64,000 nucleotides of DNA from Histomonas meleagridis 2922-C6/04-290x (Eukaryota; Protista; Parabasalia). The DNA is taken from assembly GCA_020184695.1 (NCBI GenBank), contig JAANOX010000241.1, positions 1 through 64,000 on the forward strand, in the 5' to 3' direction. Below are positions 35,924 to 47,749 of this stretch, one piece after another (positions within the stretch are counted from its first letter, which is position 1; each line of letters starts with the position of its first letter). The position numbers were made by a program, and so were the translations under genes. Below the pieces are notes generated by a model that worked only from the letters and a program-made list of their open reading frames with translations, was not told the DNA's origin and ran no database searches.

Positions 35924-37044
35924 ATGATTACACGCGTCGGTAGACGTCAGAAAGAAAATACAAATAGTTATTGACAAAATTCTAAATAGTTCAGAATCAA
36001 TTTACAAATTATCTCAAAAATCAGAAATTCCAGAATCAACGTTGAAATATTGAAGAAAGAAAATGGAGTTAAACAACAAATGGAGACCATGGGACAACAA
36101 CCATGGCATCAGTCATCGGATATTCATTAATGAAGAAGAAACTGCAATTAAAGATTATATCGTTGCGAATTTCTTATCTCAAGGTTTATATTTAAATGAC
36201 GAAGATTTTATTGACATTGCATACCAAGCCTATCTCGAAAAATATACTAATGAGAAAATGATCAAAAAAGATTTTCTAATTAGCAGAGGATTTATCAATG
36301 ACTTCGAGAAACGAAATAGAATTTCATCGAGGAAACCTCACTCGAAAAGAAGACCAACAATATTTGATGAAGAAAAAAATGAATTCATCCAAAAAATTCA
36401 GGAACTTTTATCAACAGTTGATAGATCTAGAGTTATTAATTTCGATGAAACAATCGGAAAAGTTTTCCTGGAGGAATTTTGACTTGTTCTGAAACAGGAT
36501 CAGACAATGTTAAAGCCTATGTCAATGCTAACTCCAAACAAAGTATCAGTGTAATGGCAAGTATAAAGGCTGATGGAACAAAGCTACCTCTTATAATTAT
36601 TGCTAAGTGTACAACTGAGCGAAGTGAAAAAAATTTAGGAGATATTTCATATCACAATTCCACTAGATCAAGCAATTATCGGACAACAGAATCAACATTT
36701 GAGCAATATTTAAAGTTTCTCCGAAACAATTTAAATGACGACGAAAAGATATATTTGATTGTTGATCAGTTTAAGGCTCATCAAACTCAAAAAATCCATG
36801 AGTGTGCTGATAATTTGAATATTGAATTATTATTCATCCCTGCAGGCTTAACAGATGAGTTACAGCCATTGGATCGATTGGTGTTTGGGAGCCTAAAGGC
36901 AACAGCAAGAAGACTATTCAAAAAATCATATCAAAATGATCCCAATACTAAATTCAACAAAGAAAAACAGTTCAATATTTACTAGCTGCTTGGGAACATC
37001 TAAGTGAGAACACAATTACTGAATCATGGGAAATTTATGAATAA
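35924..37044 (+). mobile_element. pogo/Tc5-like DD35D transposase pseudogene
   Basis: HTH (PESTLKY*RKK), INFDET, LIVDQFKAH ... FIPAGLTDELQPLD with 35 residues between the Ds. One stop and three frameshifts; TIRs not identified. Confidence 0.85.
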
Positions 37045-37142
37045 ATAATTATTTCATTAATTTTTTTAATTACATAAAACGTCAAATGTTCAGACCTGAA
37101 TAGAGATAAATATATGACCTAATAACAATTTTTTAGTTTAAT

Positions 37143-38230
37143 TTGATTATATGTAGTGAAGAAAATCAGAAAATCAACACAAAAATAATAAATTTTCTGA
37201 CTCAATTTCTTCTTAAGAAAAACACACAAGAATCATTTTATTTACTTAATTACATGATTAATTATAACTTACTTGAATCAAAAATCATTCAAAATATACG
37301 TAAACCATTTTTTGTTCATATTAATCAAGATAAATTAGATGAATGTAAATCTTTATTTGATCAGGAAAATATTTCTTATGAAGAACTTTCAAAGAATAAT
37401 TGGGAACTCCATAAGGAATATATTGAAGAAGGAGTTAACCCAAATGAAATTGCCAAAATAATTCGAAATGATGAAATAGAAAAACTTCAAGAAATATCAG
37501 CACAAAATGACTTCGATTTTAACCAGAAAATTGAACCATCACTTTATGAAAGATGTTCTTTTGTTAATCAAGAAAATGTTTCATTAATTGATTTTGTAGC
37601 ATTTTTTGGATCAATTGATTGTTTTAAATATTTACTTATGAATGGAGCAAATGTAGAAAACACAGGTAAATATGCAGTTGCAGGCGGAGATGAAAAAATT
37701 ATTCATTTATGTGAACAAAATCATTTATCATTTAAAGATGCATATGAAACTGCAATTGGATTTCATCGAAATGATATTTTCAAATACATATATGAAAATA
37801 AAATTGAAGATATTGATAAATTCAAAGAATTAGGAGAAAAATGTGTTTCATATTTTAATTATGAAATTTTTACATATTTAGAAAAATAAAAAATGAAAAT
37901 CAATGAAAATATCATTAATGAAGCAGCAAAAATTGGAAATATTTTTCTTTTAAAATATTTCCTTAAAAATAATCAACTTCCAGAAGATATTTTAGTTTTT
38001 GCTTCATTTTCAGAAAATATTGAACTTGTTACATACATTTTAAAGCAAAAAGGAATTTATATTAATGCTGAAGATAAATTTTATTTTGATAATTTTATAT
38101 TTCAAAATAATATTTGGAAATTATTTAGATTATTTAATACAGCACTTATATTAGCATCTGAAAAAGGTTATATACAGAAATAGTTAAATTACTACTTGAA
38201 CAAGAAGGAATTGATATTAATGCTAAAGAT
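37143..38230 (+). pseudogene. DUF3447-ankyrin gene (locus C), 5'-truncated, internal TAA
   Basis: Two track ORFs separated by an in-frame TAA (37887-89); one 63-nt spacer; frameshift near 38170. Confidence 0.8.
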
Positions 38231-39138
38231 ATTCATTAGTTTGATTTAATTCTTTGTAAAATTTTATATGAAAGATATTTTTTTGAATAAATTTGTAGAA
38301 TTCTAATGTTATAATTTTATTTAATAACTTATTATATTTTTTTATTCTAAATTTCTAAGTTCAGTGATGTTTGAACTTTCTCAAACCCCAAAAGATTATC
38401 TAGAGTCGAATAAAATTTTATAAGAAGATACAAAAGCAAAATAATTAATTTTTCCATATTTGGATTTATATTCTGCTGAAATCAAAAAATAAATATCAAT
38501 CCGAAATCATATTTATCTCATCAAAAAGTTTATAGTGTTTTCTATTTTGGCAAAAATAGAACAAAATGGGCAAGGCGCACCTAACGATAGGAGTTGAATA
38601 AGTGTCACTTTTAGAAGGATCTCTTGTAAATGAAGTCATAATAAAATAACAATTAGGATCAAAAAAATTTACTAAACATCTGGACATGAAGAATATTTGG
38701 TTTAATTTTAATTAGACACTTTCAAACGGGGGAAATCGTGCCATATTGCAACGATTATTTTTCATATCATAATTCCTTAGAAGTACAAAAGTGCTACTTT
38801 TTATAGAATAAACCAAACAATTTCCAATTGGAAATCTTATCGTTCAGTTTTAACTAAGTCTGTTGTTATATTTGAATAACGCCGATCATTTCCATGTACT
38901 GAAATATAGCAACGATAGCTATCAAATATGGCAACAAACGTAGTCAAATATCGGAGTTCGTTAAATGAAGAATTTATATTCATGGAAAATTTTTAACAAA
39001 CTGCATCGGAAGTTGAAATTCAAAACGAAAATGTATAAAATATCTATAAAAGGGGTAAAGAGAAATATTATTGTTGTTTAAATCTTTGTTGATGAAATGG
39101 TCACTTCCAAAAACCATCGGGCAACTAAACCAGTGCCA

Positions 39139-42100
39139 CTGGGTTGGGAATCGTTAAAAATCGATGAAACGGTTTGCTTTTAATGATAAAAATCGATAAA
39201 TAACCGTATTATCGTTCGATATTCGATTATACCATTTTCACATCATGTTGGCCATTTTCCGTTTCAGAATGGCCAACCGTTTTTAATAATAAATCTAAAA
39301 ATTCAAGATTAAAAAACCGAATTTTTTTTGAGTGAAGCATCTTTTAAATTCTATGTTGTAAAATGTTGTATTTGTTTATTATTTTAAAATTTGTATGCCT
39401 AGATATATACCTCGTGTCAAAGATTTAGAGGCTTTAACAAAAACATTTGTGAATGGTGAAGATCCTAATGTAGTAGGATCAGCTCTTGGAATGTCTTCAA
39501 GGACAATTAGAAGAAGAACTCACCAAATTATGGAGAATAATTTTAATTGTCCACCAATTTTAAATAGAAGATGTTCTCATCATCAAATCGTTACTCCTGA
39601 AATGGAAGAATTTATTATAAATTATGTGGGATAAAACAGCGCATCAACACTTCTCGAAATCAAAAATGCTTTATTAGAACAGTTTGAAATACCAAATGAT
39701 CAAATATCTTTATCTACAATTCACTGTCATTTGAATGGAAATTTTGTTTTTTTATGAAAAGCTTCGCTATGTTTCTGCAAATGCAAATACACCAGAAATA
39801 ATTCAACAGCGAGTAAATTATTTAAATCAATTGACAAATTTATCAGAGAGTATTCAACAAATTTACATTGATGAATCAAATTTTACAATTTTGACAAGAA
39901 GAAATATGGGAAGATCTAAATTTGGAAGAAGAGCAGTTCAATCATCATTAATCGATGGATGTAGAAAAATCAATATTTTAGCAGCTGTTAGTCCAAATTA
40001 TGGTTGGGTATACCATGAAACTGAAACAAATAATGTTGATGCAATTCAATTTGAAGAATATTTTAAAAATTTGATTAATGATTTAATAACAAAATAACCA
40101 AATCAAAAATTTGTCTTAATTTTAGATAATTATTCAATTCATTGACAATATGAACTACTTAAATTATGCCAAGAAGCTCAGTTTGTACTTTTATTTCTAC
40201 CACCATATTCCCCATATCTTAATTTAATTGAAAGATGTTTAAGTCAAATTAGAGCATATGTAAAAAGATATTTACATGACAAAAATCAAATACTTCTAGG
40301 TACGATTAATCTTCCTTTTGGGAAAAATGGAGTTGTTCGGTTTCAGGTTCTTGAAGAAGCAATAAATGATGCAATTCAAAATGTTACAAGGGAAAATGTA
40401 CAAAATTATTTGAATAATTCATACAAATTTTATCCTATGATATTTCAAATGATACCAATCATAATTGAATAAATACTCTTTTTAATTATTTATATTATTT
40501 TATATTAAAAAAATTAAAATGTACATATAAGAAATATCGATATTTCTTGGAACACAACATTTTACAACATAGAATTTAAAGGATGCTTCCTTTAAAAAAA
40601 ATTCGTTTTTTTTATCTTATATTTCAAAATTTACGATAGAAAACGGTCGGCCATATTGAAACGTATTTCCCCGAAAATAATCAACATGATGTGAAAATAA
40701 TATAATCGGCTTTCGATTGATCAATTGAATTCGATAAACGATTTTTTCGATTTAACATCGATAAAAACGGTTTATTTTTATCGATATTAATTGATTTTAT
40801 CGATAAATTAACGGTTCTGGTCGATTAAAAATCATTCAAAGATATCGTTATCGAAATTGTGATAAGAAGAATATAAATATTGCCCTTATTGATCTCACTT
40901 TTATTAATGATAAATAGTTATAAGCATTTCTCTCAAGCAGCAGACCTATCAATTGACCTAGAAATTACAAATCATCCGCATTCGATTATTATAAATGGTT
41001 GGTCAAGAAATATAAAATATTTATTCATTATTGTCTTAATTACAAACATAGAAACGATCCCTCCAACAATTGATACTTTTCATTTCTATTGTACACGGTG
41101 CAATTCATGGCATTCAATGAATGCCACAATTGGAAACTTAAACAATCACATCAAACATAAACACCATGAACTTATCGAAGAACAATTAGAACTATCTAAC
41201 AATGAAAGAAATCGATTATTCAGATTATTCATATTAACATCTGGATTACCGTTCAGAATTTTAGATAATGATATTATTGCACAACTGTTTCCAGGTATAC
41301 ATACACGAAAAGATCTTGCATCATTCTGCTCTTCTACAGCTGATACAATCAGGAATATAATGGGCTCAAGATTACCTCATGCTTAGAAAATCTGTCTTTC
41401 AATGGATGAATGGAATGACAAAATGTGCAGAAAATTTCTAGGTATTCAAGTACACTGTCAATTCCCAGGAAATTATAACATTCATACTTTGAATCTTGTA
41501 CCAATTGAAGAAATGCATGCTACAGCTCAAGTACTATCAAATATCACAAAGGAATGCCTTAGCCAATATAATATTGAAAATAATCAAATAGCAGATATGG
41601 TTAGTGACTCAGCGCCTGTGATGAAAGCTACGAGTGATATGCTTCAAATAAAATGGTCACCATGTTACTGTCATATATTGAATCTTATATTACAAGATTT
41701 TATTACAGCTGCAGGTAATGCATTTGATGACATCAAAGAGATTCAAAGAGATCTTGGAAGTAGTACAGTGTTTAGGCAGTTCTGTAAAATAATGAATGGA
41801 TCTCATGTAATATCTATTCCATCTTATACAGAAACTAGATGGTATAGTATTTATTCAATGGTTAAAGCAGTTAATGCTTTGCAACCATTAATAATACAAT
41901 TTCTCACAAGTAATGGTACAGCACCTCCTCCAGATGATTTCTGGGATAAAACAAAAGCACTACTAAGTGTACTATAGAAATTCAAAGAAGTATCATTAAA
42001 CTTAGAAAGAGATTGTTTTGGATCGAGATCATTCGTGATACAATCTTTTCGATTCATCAGTGATCTTGTTCATCAGCTGAATATTCATCCTGAATGGAGG

Positions 42101-42256
42101 GATGCAGTGAAAGCATTCGATCAATCGATGATATTAAGGTGGGAAATGACCTGTGAAAAATATCGTCTGGATTTATAATTAGCACTTGGATTAAATCCAT
42201 CGCTTCATTATGCATCACTAAGGAATGACGAAATTGATGAGGTTGATAGATATATT
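39139..42256 (+). mobile_element. hAT element copy B, 3'-truncated, with nested Tc1
   Basis: One reading frame from ~40907 through in-frame stops at 41384, 41975 and ~42176; BED, D, D, CxxH and TRW motifs. Confidence 0.85.
39232..40700 (+). mobile_element. Tc1 DD34E element copy B; right TIR degraded
   Basis: Same stops and frameshift as copy A. Right end ends ...GTGAAAATAA|TA instead of ...GG|TA and has a 9-nt insertion. Confidence 0.92.
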
Positions 42257-42959
42257 TCCACAATTAATCTTAATTTTTATTCATAATCATTTTAAATTTA
42301 AATATATAGTTAACCGAATAAAAAAATTTGGATGGATGGGACTTTTTACGTCCCCACTATAAATAAAATTAATTATGCGTGTTTGGCATCAATTTGAATT
42401 AATTATCATGTTATTATGATAATTAATCAATATTAACTGAATATGAATCAAAATTAATGGAAAATTTAGAAAGATTATATAATTCTAAAAAATGTAACGA
42501 AGAAATATCTTAACTTTTTAATTCAAATTGAAATTGATCAAAAGAATTAAGATAATCAAGTAATTAACAAAGAGCATTAATAAAAATATTTTGTGAGTTT
42601 ACAAATTAAAATTATTAATATGCATTGATTTATTAATAACAAAATGATATTTTTTCGGTGGCGACCGTTTACATGTACTGGATTTAATCGTTTTTTATTC
42701 AATTTACTGGAGTGCGACTTTCATAAGAAAATTTATCCAATATCATTTTGTACTCATAAAAATTTTCAATACAAGAATCAAGACAAAATTATGTTTTATT
42801 AATTATTCATGAAAATCTTCATATTGATGCCTGAATGCCAACTTGAATAATTCTTTAAAATAGAAAAAGTTAACTGTTTTGCCCTATAGTTGAACGGTTA
42901 ACCACAAATATAACAATACAAAAAGTGCTCTTTCGGTTCAATTTTGAGGCTATCGTTTA

Positions 42960-43343
42960 ATGTGGTTTTTTGCGCTCTTCTCTTTTGCTTCATCAATAAT
43001 TACAGTTGAAGAATATTGCATGGCATTAAATGGAACTGATTGTATGAATTGCATTAGCCAGGCAGAAGACGCCAATTTTAGTTGTGGATGGTGCAATGAT
43101 AACCAAGCATGTCTTCCTGGAGATTTTGCAGGACCGTATGGCTCAAATTGTGTTCTTTGGATTCCAAATGGTACTACCCAGTGTAAGGACCTTTCATCAC
43201 TTAGTTTTCCCACAACAACAAAAATTATCGTCGGCGTATGTGTTGGAATCATTGCTGTTGCAGCACTGGTGTTTTGGGTCTGGATATTCCCACGTCTATT
43301 CCAACCAAATCCCGACAAGACCGTTGTCAGTGTCGAATTTTAA
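42960..43343 (+). CDS. Small type I membrane protein with PSI-like cysteine domain (PTTG1IP-like)
   Basis: Signal peptide, CMNC..CGWCNDNQACLPG..C..W..C, then TM helix. Confidence 0.7.
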   Translation: MWFFALFSFASSIITVEEYCMALNGTDCMNCISQAEDANFSCGWCNDNQACLPGDFAGPYGSNCVLWIPNGTTQCKDLSSLSFPTTTKIIVGVCVGIIAVAALVFWVWIFPRLFQPNPDKTVVSVEF

Positions 43344-43423
43344 ATCTATAAAATGATATATTTCCATTTTCATATTTATCCAAAATTTACACGAAACCAA
43401 TTAATTGCAAAAAAATGAATTAT

Positions 43424-44092
43424 TTACTCATCCCAAGTAGCATCAATAATTTCCCAATTTGGTTGAATCTCAACTGGATCCTCAAAATGTATGCCATTCG
43501 TTGTAACATCAATGAACTCTATTGGCCCAGCCATAACTGAGTGACGAGCAGTTAACCCGACAAATATTTGTTTGATAGCTTCGTAGACCTCTTCACGTGT
43601 TTTTTTGACCGCATTCTGAAGTTGTAAGCCTTGGATGTGAGCTGCATATCCAGAGGCAACATAATCATCTTCCCATTGTGATCCATATAAATCAGTAGAT
43701 GTCAAATAAAAAGAGCCATCTGGATTAACACCAGCAAGAATACACCTCATAACTAAAGGATTTAATTTTGATCTCTTTTGGTACATAAGTCTTTTGATAT
43801 AGTTGCTAACTTCGGATGGTGTCAGATCTTCTCCATTATGTGCACATTCATATTTACGAACAATACTAGTAAGAGAATCAATAAGTTCTTGAAAATCAGC
43901 CATTTCGCCTGAGCAACCAATAATGAGATATGGAGTAAGTTGATGAAAATGTGATACATTTGCAAATTTAAAGCAACTTCCATATGAAACTGCTTTGTCT
44001 GATGCTAAAAGGATACCATTGTCATACTTTATTCCGACTATAGAGCTCGCTGAGGTGATTGGGTTTTGAACATCTTGAATTGGTTGACTCAT
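43424..44092 (-). CDS. PSMB4: 20S proteasome beta-7 subunit (Pre4)
   Basis: NPITSASSIVGIKYDNGILLASDKAVSYGS..RLMYQKRSKLNPL. Confidence 0.88.
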   Translation of the reverse strand: MSQPIQDVQNPITSASSIVGIKYDNGILLASDKAVSYGSCFKFANVSHFHQLTPYLIIGCSGEMADFQELIDSLTSIVRKYECAHNGEDLTPSEVSNYIKRLMYQKRSKLNPLVMRCILAGVNPDGSFYLTSTDLYGSQWEDDYVASGYAAHIQGLQLQNAVKKTREEVYEAIKQIFVGLTARHSVMAGPIEFIDVTTNGIHFEDPVEIQPNWEIIDATWDE

Positions 44093-44227
44093 TTAAAATT
44101 GTTCGAACATACCTTGTCAATTTCACAAAAAAAAAATTGGGCGGGTCGAAAAGAAACGCACGTTAAATCTTTTTGTATGTTTAATTATTTTACATCACAT
44201 GTCGGATTAATTCCACAATAAAATCAA

Positions 44228-44575
44228 ATGGAAATTAATGATTGGATTGATGAATTTAAGAAAAAGATTGATGAAAATAACATGCAGGAGGTAGAAGGGA
44301 AATCTAAAGAAGTTGGCTTTTTTTCAGCTTGTATTGACCAAAATCTATTCGATATTGAACAGAGTACCTATGATATTTTCGAGTGTATGGATAATATTAG
44401 CAAGCTCTCCACAAAGTGCCAGCTCTTAGCTGATTCAACAAGAATTTCTGCCCAAAGTATTTATCATATTTCACCACAAAAAGAAACAACCATTCGAAAA
44501 ACTTCAAGGTTTATAATAAGCTTTGTACATTCTATCTCAAACTGGCTGTTTGGATTTTTTGAAACATCATATTAA
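44228..44575 (+). CDS. Hypothetical coiled-coil protein
   Basis: 115-aa ATG ORF. Confidence 0.6.
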   Translation: MEINDWIDEFKKKIDENNMQEVEGKSKEVGFFSACIDQNLFDIEQSTYDIFECMDNISKLSTKCQLLADSTRISAQSIYHISPQKETTIRKTSRFIISFVHSISNWLFGFFETSY

Positions 44576-44754
44576 TATGTATATATGATATTATTTACTG
44601 CATTTTAATATTTTAATTTATTTTTTTTTATTTTCTCAGCGGGCGCCGGTGTTTTTATGAATAAATGTAATTCAGATAATCTTTTTTTAATTTTTAATTT
44701 TTAATTTTTTATTACAAATGAGAACGTTAACAGTAAACGTTCGCATAAAATATT

Positions 44755-45201
44755 ATGTCTTCGAGCGCTCTTCGCTCCCTTCAAGAAATGTTCCCAAACC
44801 ACTCTCCTGAAACAATTAGGAGGGTCCTCAGAGAATGCCGTGGTGTAGTTGAATCTGCAGTTAATAAACTTCTTAGGATCCCAGCACCTCAACCAAGCGT
44901 TCCAACTCAAAAAAGCACTACTAACACGAAGCCACATAGATCGCAAGATCATATATTTCCGGATGATTTTCTCCGTTGGCCAAAAGGTATTAAATGGGAA
45001 AAAGTTCAAGCAAATTTGGATAATTTTACTCCATTACAGACAGAAGCTGACTTAGTCCCCCTTGGAACTGATCCTTCAATTTCATCTGATTTACCAGAAA
45101 GTGAAGATATTCCTATTCTTAATCCACAACAATCACAATCCGGATGGGACAAGCTTAAAGACAAATTCTTGTCCATGCACTCTCAATACACTCAGTTGTA
45201 A
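44755..45201 (+). CDS. CUE-domain protein
   Basis: LQEMFPNHSPETIRRVLRECRGVVESAVNKLL (MFP...LL CUE signature). Confidence 0.85.
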   Translation: MSSSALRSLQEMFPNHSPETIRRVLRECRGVVESAVNKLLRIPAPQPSVPTQKSTTNTKPHRSQDHIFPDDFLRWPKGIKWEKVQANLDNFTPLQTEADLVPLGTDPSISSDLPESEDIPILNPQQSQSGWDKLKDKFLSMHSQYTQL

Positions 45202-45364
45202 TATGTTCTTAAAAGTTCATTTGAAATCTTCCAATTTTTCCAAATCATCGAAAACACAATTTTCAACAAATACTTTTGAGTTGTTTAATATTTTACTCTA
45301 TTGTATTCTAGATTACATAATATTTTCTGATATTAAAAAAATGAATAATTTCTTACCGAAATCA

Positions 45365-45928
45365 TTAGCAATTACACCCCGGCTTGCTTATTTCTATTTG
45401 TTTGCTTTGCGATTTTACGAAAGTTCTTAGAGAATCTCGGGCAGCATTTTCCATTTCTTCAATAAAAAGTTTCATTCCTTCGTTTGTACATGCACTAACT
45501 TCAACGCATTTACACCCTATGGATTCTGCTGTTTGTTCTTCTTCTGCTTTTTGAACATCTCTTTCATCTTCTAAATCAATTTTATTTCCAACAAGAACAA
45601 AAACCGGACTTGCATTTTCCCGAACAAAAGACACCCATTCCGGTATTTTTTCAAACGTGTTTCGCTTTGTTATATCAAACACTATGATAGCAATTGCAGC
45701 TTGCCGGCAATACATAGGTACAACTGATCGAAATTGCGGAGTCCCTGCTGTATCCCATACGTGGAATAATTGAGGGTTTCCGTCGACATTAATTTCCATA
45801 GGAGACATTCCAGCACCAATTGTTGGGGCGGTTTCAAACGAAAAACAATCGTGAAGCCACCTATTTAGAATGGATGTTTTCCCAACTGATGCCTCTCCAA
45901 CAACGATAATCTTCTTGCATTCATCCAT
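45365..45928 (-). CDS. Rab-family GTPase
   Basis: GEASVGKTS, WDTAG, GNKID, EVSA; C-terminal CNC. Confidence 0.92.
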   Translation of the reverse strand: MDECKKIIVVGEASVGKTSILNRWLHDCFSFETAPTIGAGMSPMEINVDGNPQLFHVWDTAGTPQFRSVVPMYCRQAAIAIIVFDITKRNTFEKIPEWVSFVRENASPVFVLVGNKIDLEDERDVQKAEEEQTAESIGCKCVEVSACTNEGMKLFIEEMENAARDSLRTFVKSQSKQIEISKPGCNC

Positions 45929-46291
45929 TGGTTGTCTGATACTATCGTTCTATTTTTCCAACGTTTTTTTCAGGGTGGCCCAAAAATCGCTCAATGCTTA
46001 GAAGTAACAAAAAACAATATTGTTCTTCTTTTAAAAGAAGAACATCCTTGAGCCAACACACAAGTTCACCCTTTAATATCTAAGCTTATTAATCGAATCA
46101 ATAAAATCATTTCACATAAAGAAATTAATTTATTAACAATTGTTCATTCCTAACTATTCACATGAACATGCAATGATCTATCAAAGGCACTTATTAGTAA
46201 GCGGTGTTTGGAAACTCAAATATGAAATTTCAAAAAGAATGTTTAAATTAATTTATCCGCACAAGTTAAATTTTACCATTTAAGTTCGTCT

Positions 46292-47623
46292 CTATTTCCC
46301 GATGCAAATCATGTGGCTTCTTGCTGATGCAGCAAAACAAACAAAAGTTTTATTTCTTGCAAATGTCTCAATAGCCGTTGGTTTGCTTTGGTAAAACTTC
46401 AGTCTTCTTTTTCTTCCCTTAAATATAAACCCGTCCTGTCCAATCCTTCCTCCGCTTCCACATCCCCAAGTGTAAAGTTTACCACTTTTCGTCAAAGCAG
46501 CTGAATGTATATGACAAGAAATTACTTGAATAACTTCTTCGCCTTGGAAATAACAATTTTTCCTCTTTGTGTCCCGTGTGATGCTTCCGATCAAAAACGG
46601 TGAAAGTTCATCGCCGTTACGCGGATTCAATACTTTATTTTCAAAATTTCCGAGTTTCCCTTTATGCGATGAGCCAAACCCATAAATTCTCCCTTCCAAA
46701 TCACATGCAAAACTTGTCGGGCCTTCATTCCCATCAATTTGAGATATTGGAATTGTTGTTGGGGTATTTTCTTCAATTGATGCACATACTTTAATTATTG
46801 GGGCAGTTGTAGGAAAAGTAATTCGAATTGGTTCGTACTGTATATTTACCCTCTTCCCAATTCCTAAATTCCCGTTTTTGCCAATTCCAAATCCTAAAAC
46901 TTCATTATCAAATGTAATAATTAATGTGTAAAGTGAGCCCATTGATATGTAGCGGCATGGAGGGAATGGGAGTTTGGTAAAGTGTGTTGTTTTTTCAATG
47001 GATTTTCCAAGACCAATTTTTCCATATTCATTCGAACCGGAAACAAAAATTTCTCCTTCGTAACTAAGAAGCATTGTTGAACAGTATGAAAGACATGCTT
47101 GTGATACTTTAATTATTTCGCCATTATAAACCGCAGGAATTGGTTTTCGAATAACATTAATACCATCTTCTCCATTTCCAAGGGCTCCGTGAAGAGTTGA
47201 CCCCCATAAAAGACATGTCCCATCATTTAAAATAACACAAGAATGAGTTTCGGATATATGAAATATGGAAACATTTGAAAGTGAAGAAACTTTGGTTGGT
47301 GAGCTGTAAATAGTGTCGTCAATATCTTGAAGCAATCTATGCTTGTAATTAGATCCCCATGTGTACAGAAATCCTTCTTTTGTAACAACTCCTGTTTCAG
47401 TTGAGCTACAATCACAATAAACAATGTTTTTTAATGATGTAATTTGTACTGGATAACATACGTCTTTCTCTGAGTCGCCTTTTACTCCAAGATATGTGGA
47501 TGGATGACCCCAAATCCAGACATTTCCTGGCTTTATGTAATTTCCTTCCTTGTAGAGAAACCCATCGGGAATAGGACCCATCAAAGTAATGTTCTTAATC
47601 AATGGAATATCTTCATTAATCAT
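46292..47623 (-). CDS. RCC1-repeat protein
   Basis: Repeated V..V..G..HS..LT..G.LY.WG motifs. Confidence 0.88.
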   Translation of the reverse strand: MINEDIPLIKNITLMGPIPDGFLYKEGNYIKPGNVWIWGHPSTYLGVKGDSEKDVCYPVQITSLKNIVYCDCSSTETGVVTKEGFLYTWGSNYKHRLLQDIDDTIYSSPTKVSSLSNVSIFHISETHSCVILNDGTCLLWGSTLHGALGNGEDGINVIRKPIPAVYNGEIIKVSQACLSYCSTMLLSYEGEIFVSGSNEYGKIGLGKSIEKTTHFTKLPFPPCRYISMGSLYTLIITFDNEVLGFGIGKNGNLGIGKRVNIQYEPIRITFPTTAPIIKVCASIEENTPTTIPISQIDGNEGPTSFACDLEGRIYGFGSSHKGKLGNFENKVLNPRNGDELSPFLIGSITRDTKRKNCYFQGEEVIQVISCHIHSAALTKSGKLYTWGCGSGGRIGQDGFIFKGRKRRLKFYQSKPTAIETFARNKTFVCFAASARSHMICIGK

Positions 47624-47749
47624 GAATCGTCAACCCTAAAAAAGTGTATTGTCATTTTTGGTGATGTCGACTTTTTGAATGGTGCACCATGGGAGGGCAA
47701 TAGGTTAACATAGATTTTTTATGATATTTAATATTTCTAAATAATTGTC

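Larger units (their letters stand above)
38580..42256 (+). repeat. Inverted duplicate of 4829-8471
   Basis: Direct reverse-complement comparison. Confidence 0.95.

Noticed and set aside
35800-37110. TIRs for the pogo element
   Set aside because: Only a 7-bp inverted match (TATTCAG); the TA-CCCTGG candidate left end has no partner.
40880-42256. In-frame TAG/TAA in hAT and Tc1 frames suggesting a TAR=Gln genetic code
   Set aside because: Host genes end in TAA, TAG and TGA, and the same elements also carry TGA, frameshifts and truncations; ordinary decay suffices.
42335-42362. GGGAC-N7-GTCCC hairpin as a Helitron 3' end or a TIR
   Set aside because: 5-bp stem, no CTRR terminus, no partner end in the window.
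44192-44203. ACATCACATGTC repeated at 61531-61542 as a promoter motif
   Set aside because: Only two copies; a 12-mer match can arise by chance and I cannot test enrichment.
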